Shown in pieces: positions 51,413-64,000 of a stretch of 64,000 nt of DNA. The notes beneath the pieces were generated by a model. That model made no database searches and was not told the origin of the DNA. It saw nothing but the letters and a program-made list of their open reading frames with translations. The DNA lies in contig CM120646.1 of assembly GCA_051362555.1 (NCBI GenBank), positions 18,104,001-18,168,000 of the forward strand, in the 5' to 3' direction. Positions within the stretch are counted from its first letter, which is position 1. Each line of letters opens with the position of its first letter. The stretch comes from Lingula anatina. Its lineage: Eukaryota > Animalia > Brachiopoda. The translations under genes were made by a program, and so were the position numbers.

Positions 51413-51586
51413 TCTGTCCTTGTCATGCATAGTACATGAAGGTCCTCAATTATGTCTATTTGTTTTACAGTTCTGTTGAAATGTTTACAAATACATCAAA
51501 AGCCATATTTTGGGCTCAGAGTCTGCATTAAATTCAAACTTCACTGGTCCAATCTGAGTGTGATAAAAAGAAGATATGATATGTGC

Positions 51587-51630
<44 letters not shown>

Positions 51631-51871
51631 TTGTGCTTCCTGACTGTTGTTTGGGTTTGATGTTGATCTGGGGATCAGTAACTGCCATATTTTTTTTTTT
51701 CAAATTCTAGATATGATGGCTAGTTATTCTTCTAACTGGTTATTCTTCTAACAGGCTGGTTATTTTTCTAACTAAAATTTTTCTTTTCAGCAGCCATATC
51801 CCTTTGGCAGTGACCATAAATTCTGTAAAAAGAAGAGCAATTTGAACAGTTCATTGCATGCTGGCAAAGCA

Positions 51872-54697
51872 ATGGATGATCTGATCCCAAGTGATTTTCA
51901 TCAAGGCAGGACCCCACTAGAAAATGGCTTTCAGGAACCAGAAATCCATGCTCTAAACCTCAGCAGTAATTCGGAGAAATCTGTCGAAGCTGAACCAATG
52001 TATCTTGAGGAGGATTCCATGTCAGAGTCTCAAAATCAGAGCATAGCTTTCCTGCCAGTCCAGTCGGACACCATGTCTTCATCTGGTAGTACTGAGGATA
52101 CAGAGGCTGCATATAAGTCTGGCACCAAACCAAAGAAAGTACCTTCTAAGATCTGTATGGTGTGTGGAGACAAGGCCCTGGGGCACAACTTTGGAGTGGT
52201 GTCATGTGAGTCCTGCAAAGCTTTCTTCAGAAGGAATGCATTTAAGGTAAAAATGAATTGATGCCTTTTTTTTTTCTTCAGGGGAGAGAATGGAGTGGTG
52301 CAGAACAGTATTAAACTAAATCATTGAAATGTGTGATTAAAGTAGATAGAAACGTTAAAATTGACTAAATTGGTCAAAATAGCTTTTCCCCCCTTTTCTT
52401 TTATGTAAGTTACTTTTTTTTTTTTTTTTGCGTCTTAGTGCAGTGAAATCAAACACTTTAAAGGCAAAAATTTCCCTTTTTTATCACTTTTTGCTTCTGC
52501 TTTTAAAATGAACAGGAGCTGTGTCACATTCATCTTCTTGGTAGACTAGGCCATTTTTAGGTGGAAATTTAAAGGGTACATATTATTTGACCCGTCTCCT
52601 CAATCTTCACTTGGGTTTGATGTTTTATGCCATTTCTAATAAGATAATTTAGTTTAAAATTATCTGAATTTGGAAAATATGTTTGAAATTGCTAATGGAC
52701 TGAGTGCAGAGAACACAAGTTATAACATACAAGGCTCCAGAAAAGGGTCAATGTGTATGATAATTCCGTGGATGTTTTATTACACCTGCCTATTGGAGGT
52801 TATGTTTTTGGTTCCATGTGTGTTTGCAGGTCTTTCTGTTAGCAACATTACACAAGAAGCTGTGGACAGATTTTTAGAGAGATGAGAATATTAGAAACTG
52901 TCAGAAGGAGAGTGTAACAAGCAATAAGACTTTGGTGACAATCTGTTCATTAATTGTTTAATTAATAAGTTAATTAAAAAGGATATTTGTCTTTCAGCAA
53001 AATTATGGAAAGTTATGGAGGGATTTTAATTAAATTTAGGTCAGGACAGAAGTGGACTAGATTTTGGTGGAGATAATTAATTAATTAATTAATAATGAGA
53101 ATTTAGCTCATTAATTAGTAAGTAAATGATAAAAAATAATGGGAATTAAGGTGCATTGGCTGGAGGGGGGGGAGAGAGTCTGCCCTCCCTTAGTGCTATA
53201 CTTGTTTTCTTTCTTCTTTTCTTTAATTTTAGGGAGAAATCAAGGGGCGGTGCAATAGTGACTGTGAGGTGACCCCAGAGAGCAGATCCTACTGCAAGCA
53301 CTGCAGACTGAGAAAATGCTTCAAAGCGGGAATGAAGAAAGATTTGATAATGAGTGAGATAATGAGCACATTTGCTATATTGAGCTCCTCTTTTCCTGCA
53401 AATAAATAATTTTTTTAAAAAATAGTAATAGTTTGTGAAAAGGTAATGATCACTTTAAATTTTGTTACACCACTGTTTTTTTCATTCTAGACTCTCTTAG
53501 TTTAGTCTAGTCTAGCTCGTCTAGTTTAGTTAATCCTACCATATAAACCACACTCAGATTCTAACATTGTACCAGTGGGATCGTTCCAACCTCCGGGGGA
53601 TTTTTGCTTAATTGCATTCAGTGTAATCAGCTTAATTGTCTAATGTCTAGGGGGTGATTAATTTTCATGTGCATTGGGCTTAATTATTCCCTAGCAGCTC
53701 GAGAACGCACCTCAGACATTTAAGGCGATTACAGTCATTGCGGAGTTGGATCGATCCAGCCAGTATGATGGGTTTATCTGAATTCTCCCTTACATTAAGA
53801 TAGAAATATGCCAGTGAACAAAACACCATCATCATTCAATGAGAACACAATGTAATACTTAAAAAATAACTTTGATTTATAGCCGACCACCAGAAACAGA
53901 TCCGCCGATACAAGAACCGCTCTGTAGGAGAGGAAGACCCAAAAGTGGTATCAGACACCATGGAATTGACCAAGTCTCCCTCAAACCCAAAGGTGCAAAC
54001 TCGTTTTGTTGGAGATACACTGACAGAAGAGGACCATGCCACTCTACAGCAACTTGATCATGCTTGCAAAATCTCTTTTGACCTTCATATGGAAAATGGA
54101 ATTCGGCAGCCGACCTCACAAAAAGAATTTATAAACATGGCAGATATTTCTGTGAGGCGGCTGATCAGAATGGTGAAACAGTTGAAGTCATTCATACAAA
54201 TCACTCAGGAAGACCAGTTAGCCTTGCTGAAAGAAGCTGTGGTCGAAATGCTCGTATTCCGATCTTGCCTGACTTATGATTTAGCCACTGACTCATGGAG
54301 TGTTCCCAATTCTTCAGGAGAGAAAGTCAAAGTCAAGCGACCCAAAATGCATGGGGACATGAAGGAAAACTACATAAGATATATGCATTTTGTCCGTTCA
54401 TTCATGAAGCTGACGGGTAATGACCGCAATGTGAACTTAATCATGATGGTATTATCGTTGTTTTCACCTGACAGACCAAATATTCAAGACAAGTCCCTGA
54501 TCTCCAAAGAGCAGGAATATTTTGCCATGTTACTCTCACGTTATCTCAACACAGTGTTTCCGGGGCAGCTCCTGTTTCCAAAGGTAATGATGAAGTTGAC
54601 AGAGGTGCGTGACATCAGTGTCGCGCAGTCGAAGGTGATATTGCAAATGGAGGCTAGCGACTTGGAACCCTTGCTTGTAGAGATTTTTAATTTGTAG
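51872..54697 (+). CDS. HR96: Nuclear hormone receptor, HR96/NR1J group (DAF-12/PXR/CAR/VDR-related), about 436 aa. Exons 51872-52246, 53233-53353, 53883-54697
   Basis: First finger [29 protein letters not shown] has the NR1J P-box CESCKA. Second finger: [31 protein letters not shown] signature [23 protein letters not shown]-2 PLLVEIF*. Phases 0 and 1 join in frame. Confidence 0.92.
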
Positions 54698-54878
54698 TGC
54701 AAACATTAGAATTAAGAACTTACATTTAAGTAATTGCCTCTTTTTATTGAGAAAATGAATGGGATTTGTGATTATTGGAAAATGAGCTTAATTTAAGTAG
54801 ATAAGTTTAACTTGCATTGTTTAAAACTGCATAAGTTTTTAAGGCATACAATGCATGGTGGACCTTTACATAGCTGCC

Positions 54879-54909
<31 letters not shown>

Positions 54910-57900
54910 AATGAATAATAATAATACTAATAATAATAAATGAATAAATAAAAATCCTGGAAATTTAAGCAGTTTCCTTTATCACCAAGGTATCATCATC
55001 GTCATCATCATCATCACTGCACCCCCCCCCCCCCCCCCCCCCCCCAACAATCCTGGTCCTGGTCAACAATCTCTGTTCAGGTTGTGGTTCATGGGTGTTC
55101 AAACACACTCAGATTGAAGTGAAAGTTTCCATTATCAGAATGCGCCTAAAAAGTTCATCACACCCTAGCTGCTCCACCTGAATTAAATTATTGTTATGTA
55201 AAGGTCTAAGACTTTTATGAGAATGCATACAATGTATGCAGTAACATATATAGGGCCCAGGTATAATTTTTATTCTATGGTTGTTCTGTCAGGTTTAAGC
55301 AGAATATTTTATCCAAGAGAGAGAGAATAATGCAAAGTGCAGTAATAAATTAAATATACAGTAGTATATTTGGGCTGCTGGTATGTTTGGTTGATATATA
55401 TTTTGTCTCACAGACCCAAGAAAAGTGATATCTTTATTCATTTTTACCATTCAGTATTATTATATAATACTGCCAGTGAATAAATGAAGTGAACTGGAAA
55501 TTGATATCAAAATTGTTGGTCAGTACAACATGTGGGGATGCCATCTGTTCAATCAATATTCAGTTTTATCAGACCTCAAATTATGAAATATAAGGCCATA
55601 ATCTGTGCCTATTGCATATTACTGCAATACAATAATATTTAATATTGTGAGAAACCAAATTATTGTTTAATATATATTTGGCATGGTATTGATATTTTAT
55701 GATATAAGGGTAATTTCAATTCTAGCATGTCTTGTGGTAGTGGGTCTCAAAAATATTTATGTCAGGTATGAGTTTACCATTAGAACGTAGTAGAGTGTTG
55801 TAAAGACCGTTGAAATTCTTTAATCACATGGGGTATTTCTGAGGTACATGGTATCATTTTGGTATTTATTATTTTGATGTAAATTTTGTGTTTTTGCTTG
55901 AGTTTTTTTTTTTTAATTCATCAGTGTAAAGGCTTCACTAGAAAAATAACTCTGGTGTTAGCTGTAAGTGACAGGTCATGGGATTTGAGATAAGAAAAAA
56001 ATCTCTGAAATAATAATTCCGTTTTCAGCAATATATCAAAACATATACTTGCTATAACCTTCTTGGTCTGCAATGTCAATAACTGCAAAATGAAAACCCT
56101 ATCCTTTTTGCCACTTTTTAAATCATTTATTTTCTGTATTCTCTGCATTACCTCCTCAAATTATGAGGCGAAATATTCCATACTGCAGAAACCATTCCAG
56201 TCTCTGACATGTGAATACGGGCTAAGATAATCAATATGGTATGAGTTTCAAGAAAAATAGGAAAATTGATATCATGAAAATCCCACTGAGTGTCATGGTG
56301 GTAATGACACAGTAAAGAAGTGTGTATAACGGCTCATTTCCATTGAAACTATCGGAAGAGAGATCCAATTCCCTAGGGACTCTTGCTAAATGCAATCAGT
56401 TTAGTAGACAAACATATCTCTTGGTGTTGAGTAGAAAAGAGAAAACTGGTGATAATACGAGAACATTGGAAACAAGAGGAGGTACATTAATCTGATTGCA
56501 TTCAGGAATGGTTTCCATGGGGATGAGTCCTAAAACTTGGTGTTGCTCATTTTAATTTAGTTTAGTGAAAAGTTTTTTTTTTTTTTTTTTTCATTCTGAA
56601 GTGTATATTATGTTGTACAGCAGCTGGATGTAGACATCTAGGGCTCTCCTAGTATGTGCCATCTATCCCCCCCCCTAAAAAAATGTCTGCCATGCTTTTC
56701 AGTTTTATATATTATGGTAGCTAGTGAAAATGTTGTAGTGCTTTTTATCTTTTATTAGACTTATTTATTTTGAATCACAAATTTAGCTTATCATTTCTGT
56801 ATGATAGTATAAAATTCTTGTTTGACTGGATTTTTAAATGTAGGTGTACTTGAAAAAAAAAAAACAGGTGTTGTAGTGGCATATAAATCAAAATTGAAAA
56901 ACGAAGCTGCAATATCCATTATTTATTATGGTGCATAGACTGTACAAAAGCAATATATTTGCAAACTGATATATGGTAAAGCAACAGAAAAGGGCAAAGA
57001 ATGCCTGTTACAAGATTTTATCTATCTATTTATATATATGCTACAGGAATTGGCAAATTATGCCTGTTACAGATTATGCTACAGAAAAAAAGCCAAGAAA
57101 ACATGACTTTGTTTCATATCCCTGAGATCATTACTTTCGCAGTGAATTCAAACCCTCTCTATAAAATCCAAATAATGTCAATTAAATACTAAGACAAGCT
57201 TTACAGTCATCTTATTGTGACAGTAACCTTGGATGATGAGCTCTTTTATGAAAGATGAAGCAATCAGACACTTTCAGTTGATATGTAATATTAATCAGCA
57301 GTTCCACTATCCAGTGGCATTAAAATGCATCTTTCAGTTACAAATCTTCTAGTAACACTGTTACAAAATGCTAACATTTAAAGGCAACAGTGTGATATGT
57401 GGTCTTCTTGGCTGAGCCTGATCACTTTAATGAGATAATTGACACTGTCCTCTCAAATTTTTTCTGTTTTTATTGAAAGAAACCTAGCTTGGAGAAGCAG
57501 TAGACACTAGTGCAATGTTTAGTCAACTCGAGTAAGTCTGAGATTTCTTTCACCAGCGTGGAGCCTTGCAATGTAGTCTGTGGGAAGAGGCCAGTCATAT
57601 ATTTGAACCTGAAATATGAAAATAGATTGATCATTAGAAAAAGCCAACATACATTTCCATGAGTTTGGTATATGATGATGTAGTCTTGGGTATTTTTTTT
57701 TTCTTTTAAGGAAAATTACTGGGGTTCACACCATTTACTAAACAAAACAATTTTTCAGTGAGTCCTTGGTGAATCTACAAAATGTTTTTCACTCATTTCT
57801 GCTCAAATAGATTATCATCTCTTTGGCATATGGTGAATGTTCTTTAATTAAGTAGTATAAGCTTAACTGCCATGGTAACAAAAATATATTATATTTTTTC

Positions 57901-59250
57901 AGGTTGTGACGTTGCAATGTTATTTAAGTTGTGTTCAAACGAGGAGTATTTTGAACTGAAAGTAGTCCTCAGGGTAGGACAATTTCTTAATTGAATTGGC
58001 CCTGTCTAAACTAAATGGTTCCACAGTTTATTTCCCTTTCTTATTCAGAAAAAAAACAAGTAAAAAAAAAGCAAGAAAAATTGATAAGGAGGTAAAAGAT
58101 TTCATGGAGATAATTAATGTTACAGAGGGAGAGGAAAAATGTTTTGCAATGAAATATTTAAGAAATGTTGATTTTTGTGTGGAACAATTTACAGTCTTAT
58201 CAATAGTTATAACCTGCACATTCCAATGTTCAATATTTGTATCCAAGATATTTGTTGTATATTAACTGATATACAGTATGTGTGTAAAGAAGTTTTAAGT
58301 CTTTCATAATAACTTATCATACATAATAACTGGACTGGTGGATCTAGGATTTTAATAAGGAAGGCAGGGAGCATAAGCATTTAAAAGAATTTGCCTTGCT
58401 ATTCTTGGCAATTGTAAAACACTTGGTGTAGACAGTTTTACTGTAACATGCAGACAGGGATGGGATTTTTTTTTTTTTTTTTTTTGGGGGGGGGGTACTA
58501 GTTTTAATTTTTCAGGAGAGGAGAGAGGTAGTTCTAAAGGTGAAGGGTTGGGAAACCAGGCCCATAGCACTCTGTGTATTTTATTTTGCCAAAAGTAATG
58601 CTAACTTAATTAGATTCATGTTAGAAAACAGCGTTTGGATACTGTTTTTTTCATTAATGTGTTTAGAACTGCAAATGTAGTTTAAAAACAAGGTTGCAAA
58701 ATGTTGATTATATATAGACAAAATTCAAGCATAATCGTAAAATTATGGAATGAGCAACTGTTATGGATATGTAAATATCTTATAAAATATCGTTAAAATA
58801 TTTTTAATATTATAATAATTGACTTTTTAATATATGGTTTTCATGTTGTTATCTATACTTTGAGGTGACTGAATATATGGTAGACCTTAGAATGGTTTCA
58901 TAATATACTTGACCGCTCTTTAGCAAAGGAATGCGATTCAGGAAGTGCTCTGTTGTTGCCATATCACCATTCAATATATATTTTATGAAATATGTGATGG
59001 AACATGTGAAGTCAAAATAAAGTGTTACGTTCACCTTTTGTTTGCACTCCAATTCCTTCTGCTTGAGCACTAATATGGGAACTTCATATTAAAATTGCAG
59101 TTTTATTTGATGCGGTTGATGAGATCGATTGCAGGAAAATTTTTAAGATTTCAGTATTGCAATCTCATAATTTTCCTTGTATTAGAAGTATAGGCGGGTG
59201 ATAAAGGCATTAATACAAATACTAAAAGGGGTTGGGCAATGAATTGAAGA

Positions 59251-59501
59251 CGGGCGGAGCCAGGATTATTTGAAGGGGTGGGGTCCGCGGATATGCAAAT
59301 CCGTCTCCCCCCCCCTTCCCACTTACCGTGGGGTTTGGGGCCCCAAAAAATTTTGGTATTTCAGAGGCGAACGGTAACATTTGGTACGGTTTAGAACTAT
59401 CATTCAGCTAGTCAAAATTCTAATTTCAAGAGGGACCAGAAATCGAAGGGGGGGGGGGGGCAGGATCCCCCTGACCCCCCACCCCTCTAAATCCGCCACT
59501 G
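59251..59501. mobile_element. Related GGCGGA-terminal MITE with 5-bp TSD
   Basis: Ends CGGGCGGAGCC...AATCCGCCACTG, flanked by GAAGA on both sides; GC-rich against an AT-rich background. Confidence 0.6.
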
Positions 59502-59930
59502 GAAGATAATGCCTCCTGATAAAGATGACACATGACAGTGGTTTAAGAGTTTTAAAAGGAGAGCATTTGCATTAATTAGGTATTACCACCCATGTAAACG
59601 TGACCACCATTAAATGCGCACAGAATGTATTTTAACCAGGTGTAGCAAGTACAATTTGACAAAGAGTCACTTGCTCTAGAGAAGTAACCTAGCTTCAGGC
59701 GCAATCACGGTCTAAGGCGCAACTAACACATTCAGACACAGCTAGACCAGTTAAAAATTGATTTATAAATCCACAAGTCGTTGTGTTAGTTGTTAAGTGA
59801 GATCGCGTTATCATTTGGCCAGTATTTGCTCCTGTCTACGACAATTTACACGTTTATCGGTTTATCAGATGTGTGATGCAATTATCTGGTATTATAATTT
59901 ACGTTCCTATGAGAATAATTTCTGGTCGTA

Positions 59931-60017
59931 GATCAGTAAAATAAGAGCTCAATCGGTGCACGTATATGCACCGATTGAGCTCTTATTTTACTGATCAATC
60001 GGTGCACGTATATGCAC
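59931..60017. repeat. Perfect 30-bp-arm inverted repeat followed by a direct repeat of its centre
   Basis: 59931-59960 is the reverse complement of 59967-59996 (loop CGTATA); 59997-60017 repeats 59951-59971. Confidence 0.9.
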
Positions 60018-60062
60018 AACACAGTGCAGTTAGAACACAGCAGAACACAGTTTAATACCCAC

Positions 60063-63000
60063 CTCGTCAAGAGATCCCATCAAATTATGGTTGTTGACAT
60101 GATAGTCCTTTGCCTCACAGCTTGTGCCTCTACCAAGGTACAGAGGGGACAACGTGGCCGGAATATGTCCTGTGAGAAAAGTACAATTTTTTACCATAAA
60201 AATGCCATAGAACCACAATGAGTGCGTGAACATGTAGCTTCAGTGCGTTTGTTTTTCGCACTATTTTAATTTGCTATAATAAGACCTATAATACATGTAT
60301 AGGATGTTGTTTATGGTTAATTTAATTTTAGATTAATTAAAGATAGGACGTAGGCTACTGCGAAAGAGTAACACGTTCAGGTTTCTCATTTTCCATCAAA
60401 TTATCCACACGCGACCGCCCAGATATCCGCACTTCTTCCATCTTACACACCATACAAACGTTCCACTTACCGACAGCGATTTCATCCTTGGCGGCGTAGC
60501 CGTTGACAAACAATTTCAGTCTGAGGCCATCGTAAGATAAGACAACGTGATTCCAGCCCTTTCCGCCCTAATATAGAACAAATATACACATACTTATCTA
60601 AGTTGAATCTCTGCACTGTACCTATCTTTATTTTAACCTGTACATTAATTGATTATGTCCGGTATTTCTTTTTAATAAGCCCGACATCAAATATGTCTTT
60701 TTTTTTTCTTTTTTGCGTTATCAAAAACATAATGGGCGGTAAATTTCACCCTTCGCTCAATTATTATGGGTTACTACAGTTACTCTCTAATAAAAGTTTC
60801 CAAGTAATGAATTAAAACAGATTCTTTCACCATATTTAGGGCATTATTTAACCGCAAATAACACAAATAAATAAGAAATGAAAAATAAAAACTTACATGT
60901 GATCCCCCAAGATCTATCGTAAGAAGGGTTTGGTTGTTGTCAATGAGCACGCGACCGCCCAGATATCCGCGCTCCGTCCACAAGGCAATGGTGGGCTCAG
61001 TCAGACAATTCCCGTTACTGATCAACCCATCTCGCACGTTGTAGGAGTTCTCGGCGGTCTCATACCAGAAAGAAATGGTGAGGGCAGAGCCCCATGGGTA
61101 GTTGTTAAAACGAGGGATTTCACAATGGACGGTGCCGTTGAACTGAGCAGCGTAGCCGATTCTTCCTTGGCCGAGTTTGACGCCGGTGCAGTCTGTCCAG
61201 AAGTTGTCCACTGTGGTGTCCGTGGACTCGTCGAATGGCCACAGAGCGATTGGACGGAGGTCTATAAAAACGTTCATTTGGCTCATTTTATATACATTTA
61301 AACGTATTTACATATTGATTTTCCTTATATATTTGAGACTGTGATTCAATATGATCAATAAAATGAACACACACGTTAACCATCTTGTCTGTTCAGACAA
61401 GACAATTTCAAACCGATAATCGGCCTATCTACCGTCGCCAGAGAAATAGAATTCAAAGAGAAAATAGGAACTCTTTCAAATCTTGTCTTCTATGATTGAT
61501 TTTTATTTATTATTATTATTTTTTATTATCTTTATTTTTGTTATTATTTATTTATTATTATTATTATTTTATTTATTTATTTTTATTTATTATATTTTTT
61601 TTGTACTAAGCGGCCCTTATTTGAACGCCGTTGAAAACATACCTGGCGCCATACACATGCACCTCTGTACGTTGAACTCCCACTGTCCGCAGCTGACACG
61701 CTCGATCCTGGTCTCATCTCCCAGGACCTGAGTTCGGTAGAAAATGCTTGGATCGCCCCAAACGGCCAAGTACGTCCAGCCATGGGGACCTTCACATTTG
61801 CCGTCAAACTGGGGGAGAGTGGTGTAGCTCTCGGTTGTGGTGGGAGGGGGAGCTGGAAGAAAATATCCATAGTTTTTGTCATATCATATCATATCACCAT
61901 CGTTCTTTTTCTCAGTTATTAGCAGGTGGTCACGCGTCACTGGTAACTGGGGCATATTGGTGGGTGAAAATACTTCATAAAAACTAATGGAGATAACGGT
62001 GGTTGAAATTACTTCATAAAGACTAATGGAGATAACGGTGGTTGAAAATACTTCATAAAGACTAATGGAGATAACGGTGGTTGAAAATACTTCATAAAGA
62101 CTAATGGAGACAACGGTGGTTGAAAATACTACATAAAAACTAATGGAGTTAACGGTGTGGTGGCATGATATAATTTTTATTTTTTTCTGTACTTTTTTTA
62201 CGGATATTCGATAACTGATCTTTTCCGCGCTGAATAAAAGTTTGTAAACTCATTTGTGTTTGTTAGTATGTGTGTATATGTATGTATATGTGTGTATGTG
62301 TGTAAATGTGTATGTGTGTATATGTGTATATGTGTATGTGTGTGTGACTCGTTTATAAAATAGGTAATTAAGTGAATTGGAAGGGATGAAAAACAGCTAC
62401 CAGTTCATATGGTAAAAAGATTCCTTAATTGATCCGGGTCGCTGACATACAAATTTAAATAATTTAAATAATTTAGATAAGAAATTGTCCCTCGGGTATT
62501 TAAATATTGGCGTTATATTTAATCTGTATTATTCAGGATAATCTGATAAAACCTGATTTTCTGTATGCATTGCATTCGTTATAACTACAGTTATCACTGC
62601 TATCATATATCAGATAGAAGATCTTTTGAATATATAAATCTTAGGCATCTTAAAACGTCCAGTTATGTTATCTGCACCTCCCTAATTAATACATGCCGGA
62701 TGCGATTTTGACATTATCAATTATTGTTCATGAGCTATAATTATAAGGGATTTTGTATCTTCGTAAGGGCAATTCTCCAGATCGCATTGCTTTACGACAA
62801 TCTAACGTCCCAAACCAGATAATAATATAATTAAGAGCCGTCGCGCATATTCGTATCAAAATTACATGTAAGCAAATCTTCCCTGCAAATTTAAAAAGGC
62901 TATGGATCTTCCATCGCTTGTAAGTGATATTTTGGTGATGATTGTGCTATTAATTTTAGACGTAACTTCATAATTTTACTTACTCATAGGCGGGCATTTG

Positions 63001-63594
63001 GGCCCCAGCAACTTGCTCCTATGGCACTGTGCTATCTCACACGGGACACACGAAACGACGTCGCTATCGAATAGCGTGCCATCAGCGCACGTTTTCTCGT
63101 GGACTTGCACTTGGCCGTATTCGTCCATGTCGCACTGAAGGTAGCTCTTGCAGTCGTCCGGGTTCTCGTAGTAGCCCACCCCGTTCCTCTGCTCGATGCT
63201 GCTCCTGCAATAGGCTGGAAGAAGGAAACAATGCTCAGTTTGTATGACAGAAACCATAGACATTTCTTGAAATTCAAAGTCTGAATAATTTTTTTTCAAC
63301 TGACGCAGACCCTCTTCTTTAATTTCTGACGGCGCAAAAACATTGGATTTTTGGATAAGTAAATGTATGGAAATGTAATTACCTATTTTTTTATGTCTTC
63401 GCCCATACCTAGATATCCCTACGACTACCGCATATTACAATTTTATTTATCATTACCAATATTTCTAATCATCCATCAGATGAATGTTTTAAAGGAAATG
63501 CTATGTGCATTGAATACTTACCTAGATATTTGTCATACGCGCCATATTCAGCCTTGGCACTGGCCACTAGCGCAAAGAACAGGACGCCTAGCAT
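60063..63594 (-). CDS. Secreted chitin-binding (CBM14) + laminin-G/ConA-like protein, Pif-like; 3' end not located. Exons 63594-63522, 63214-62984, 61852-61643, 61261-60897, 60567-60471, 60169-60063
   Basis: Signal peptide MLGVLFFALVASAKA. CBM14-like GVGYYENPDDCKSYLQC...CADGTLFDSDVVSC, a Thr/Pro linker and a second Cys module. LamG-like WPFD...AAQFNG...TISFWY...GWNHVVLSYDG.RLKLFVNG...PLYLGRG...GSLDE. All six exons join in frame; I could not identify the terminal exon. Confidence 0.8.
61958..62156. repeat. 39-bp minisatellite (about 5 copies) in a Pif-like intron
   Basis: Unit GGTGGTTGAAAATACTTCATAAAGACTAATGGAGATAAC, head-to-tail with no spacers. Confidence 0.9.
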
Positions 63595-64000
63595 GTTGAC
63601 TCTGTAAAATACAAAAAAAAAAGATAAATGAATAAATAAAAATAATAATAATAATAGAAGTTATGAAATAACTATTCGGTGTTTTCAATATCATTTTAAG
63701 TATGAAATACTAGTATTCTATCCTATTTTCCTACGGCTTATTTCTTGTTGTGATTTTTTAAAAATCTAATATTCATATATATCATTATATCATGTTTTAG
63801 TAAATCACCATTCAAATGATTCTTAGATCCATATCCAAATAAAAAACTAAATTGTTTAAAAATCAAATTCACTTAAAAAATCTTATACACCGAGAACCGG
63901 AATGGACCTCCCAACGAACGATTTGTTTACTATGAGTTCACGGATGCAGACGGATTAAACGGCGTTTAATCACAAGGCATCCCATATCTATAATATGTCA

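Noticed and set aside
54698-59100. Short ORFs downstream of the receptor
   Set aside because: AT-rich, low-complexity translations with no motifs; probably a long 3' UTR and intergenic DNA.
61958-62156. Regular 39-bp (and 32-bp at 37 kb) repeats as a CRISPR array
   Set aside because: Head-to-tail units without unique spacers, no cas genes, eukaryotic intron context.

Overview
AT-rich, intron-rich animal genomic DNA. It is probably a mollusc or other lophotrochozoan, inferred from the Pif-like gene and the NR1J receptor. Nearly all ORFs in the supplied track are exon fragments or spurious, so I rebuilt genes by hand from GT-AG sites and reading-frame phase. (1) About 1.9-35 kb, + strand: a tandem array of five CD225/dispanin (IFITM/PRRT-like) membrane-protein genes. 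Their Pro/Tyr/Gln-rich N-terminal exon (PPxY + PSAP motifs) occurs in 2, 2, 3, 1 and 1 copies. The membrane segments differ mostly by amino-acid changes, and the upstream regions of copies 2-5 carry adjacent GAS-like and ISRE-like motifs. (2) 36.0-41.8 kb, - strand: a 9-exon acyl-CoA dehydrogenase (acdh-6/AtuD-like). (3) 51.9-54.7 kb, + strand: an HR96/NR1J nuclear receptor, probably transcribed head-to-head with the dehydrogenase, with an ER6-containing half-site cluster upstream of its first coding exon. (4) 60.1-63.6 kb, - strand: a secreted chitin-binding + LamG (Pif-like) protein. Many non-autonomous transposons are interspersed: 5-bp-TSD hAT-like MITEs, Helentron-like elements, fold-back MITEs, an AcademH-like element with a RecQ fragment, a solo LTR, a tRNA-derived SINE head and a LINE RT relic. 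All family names come from motif recognition, not database searches.
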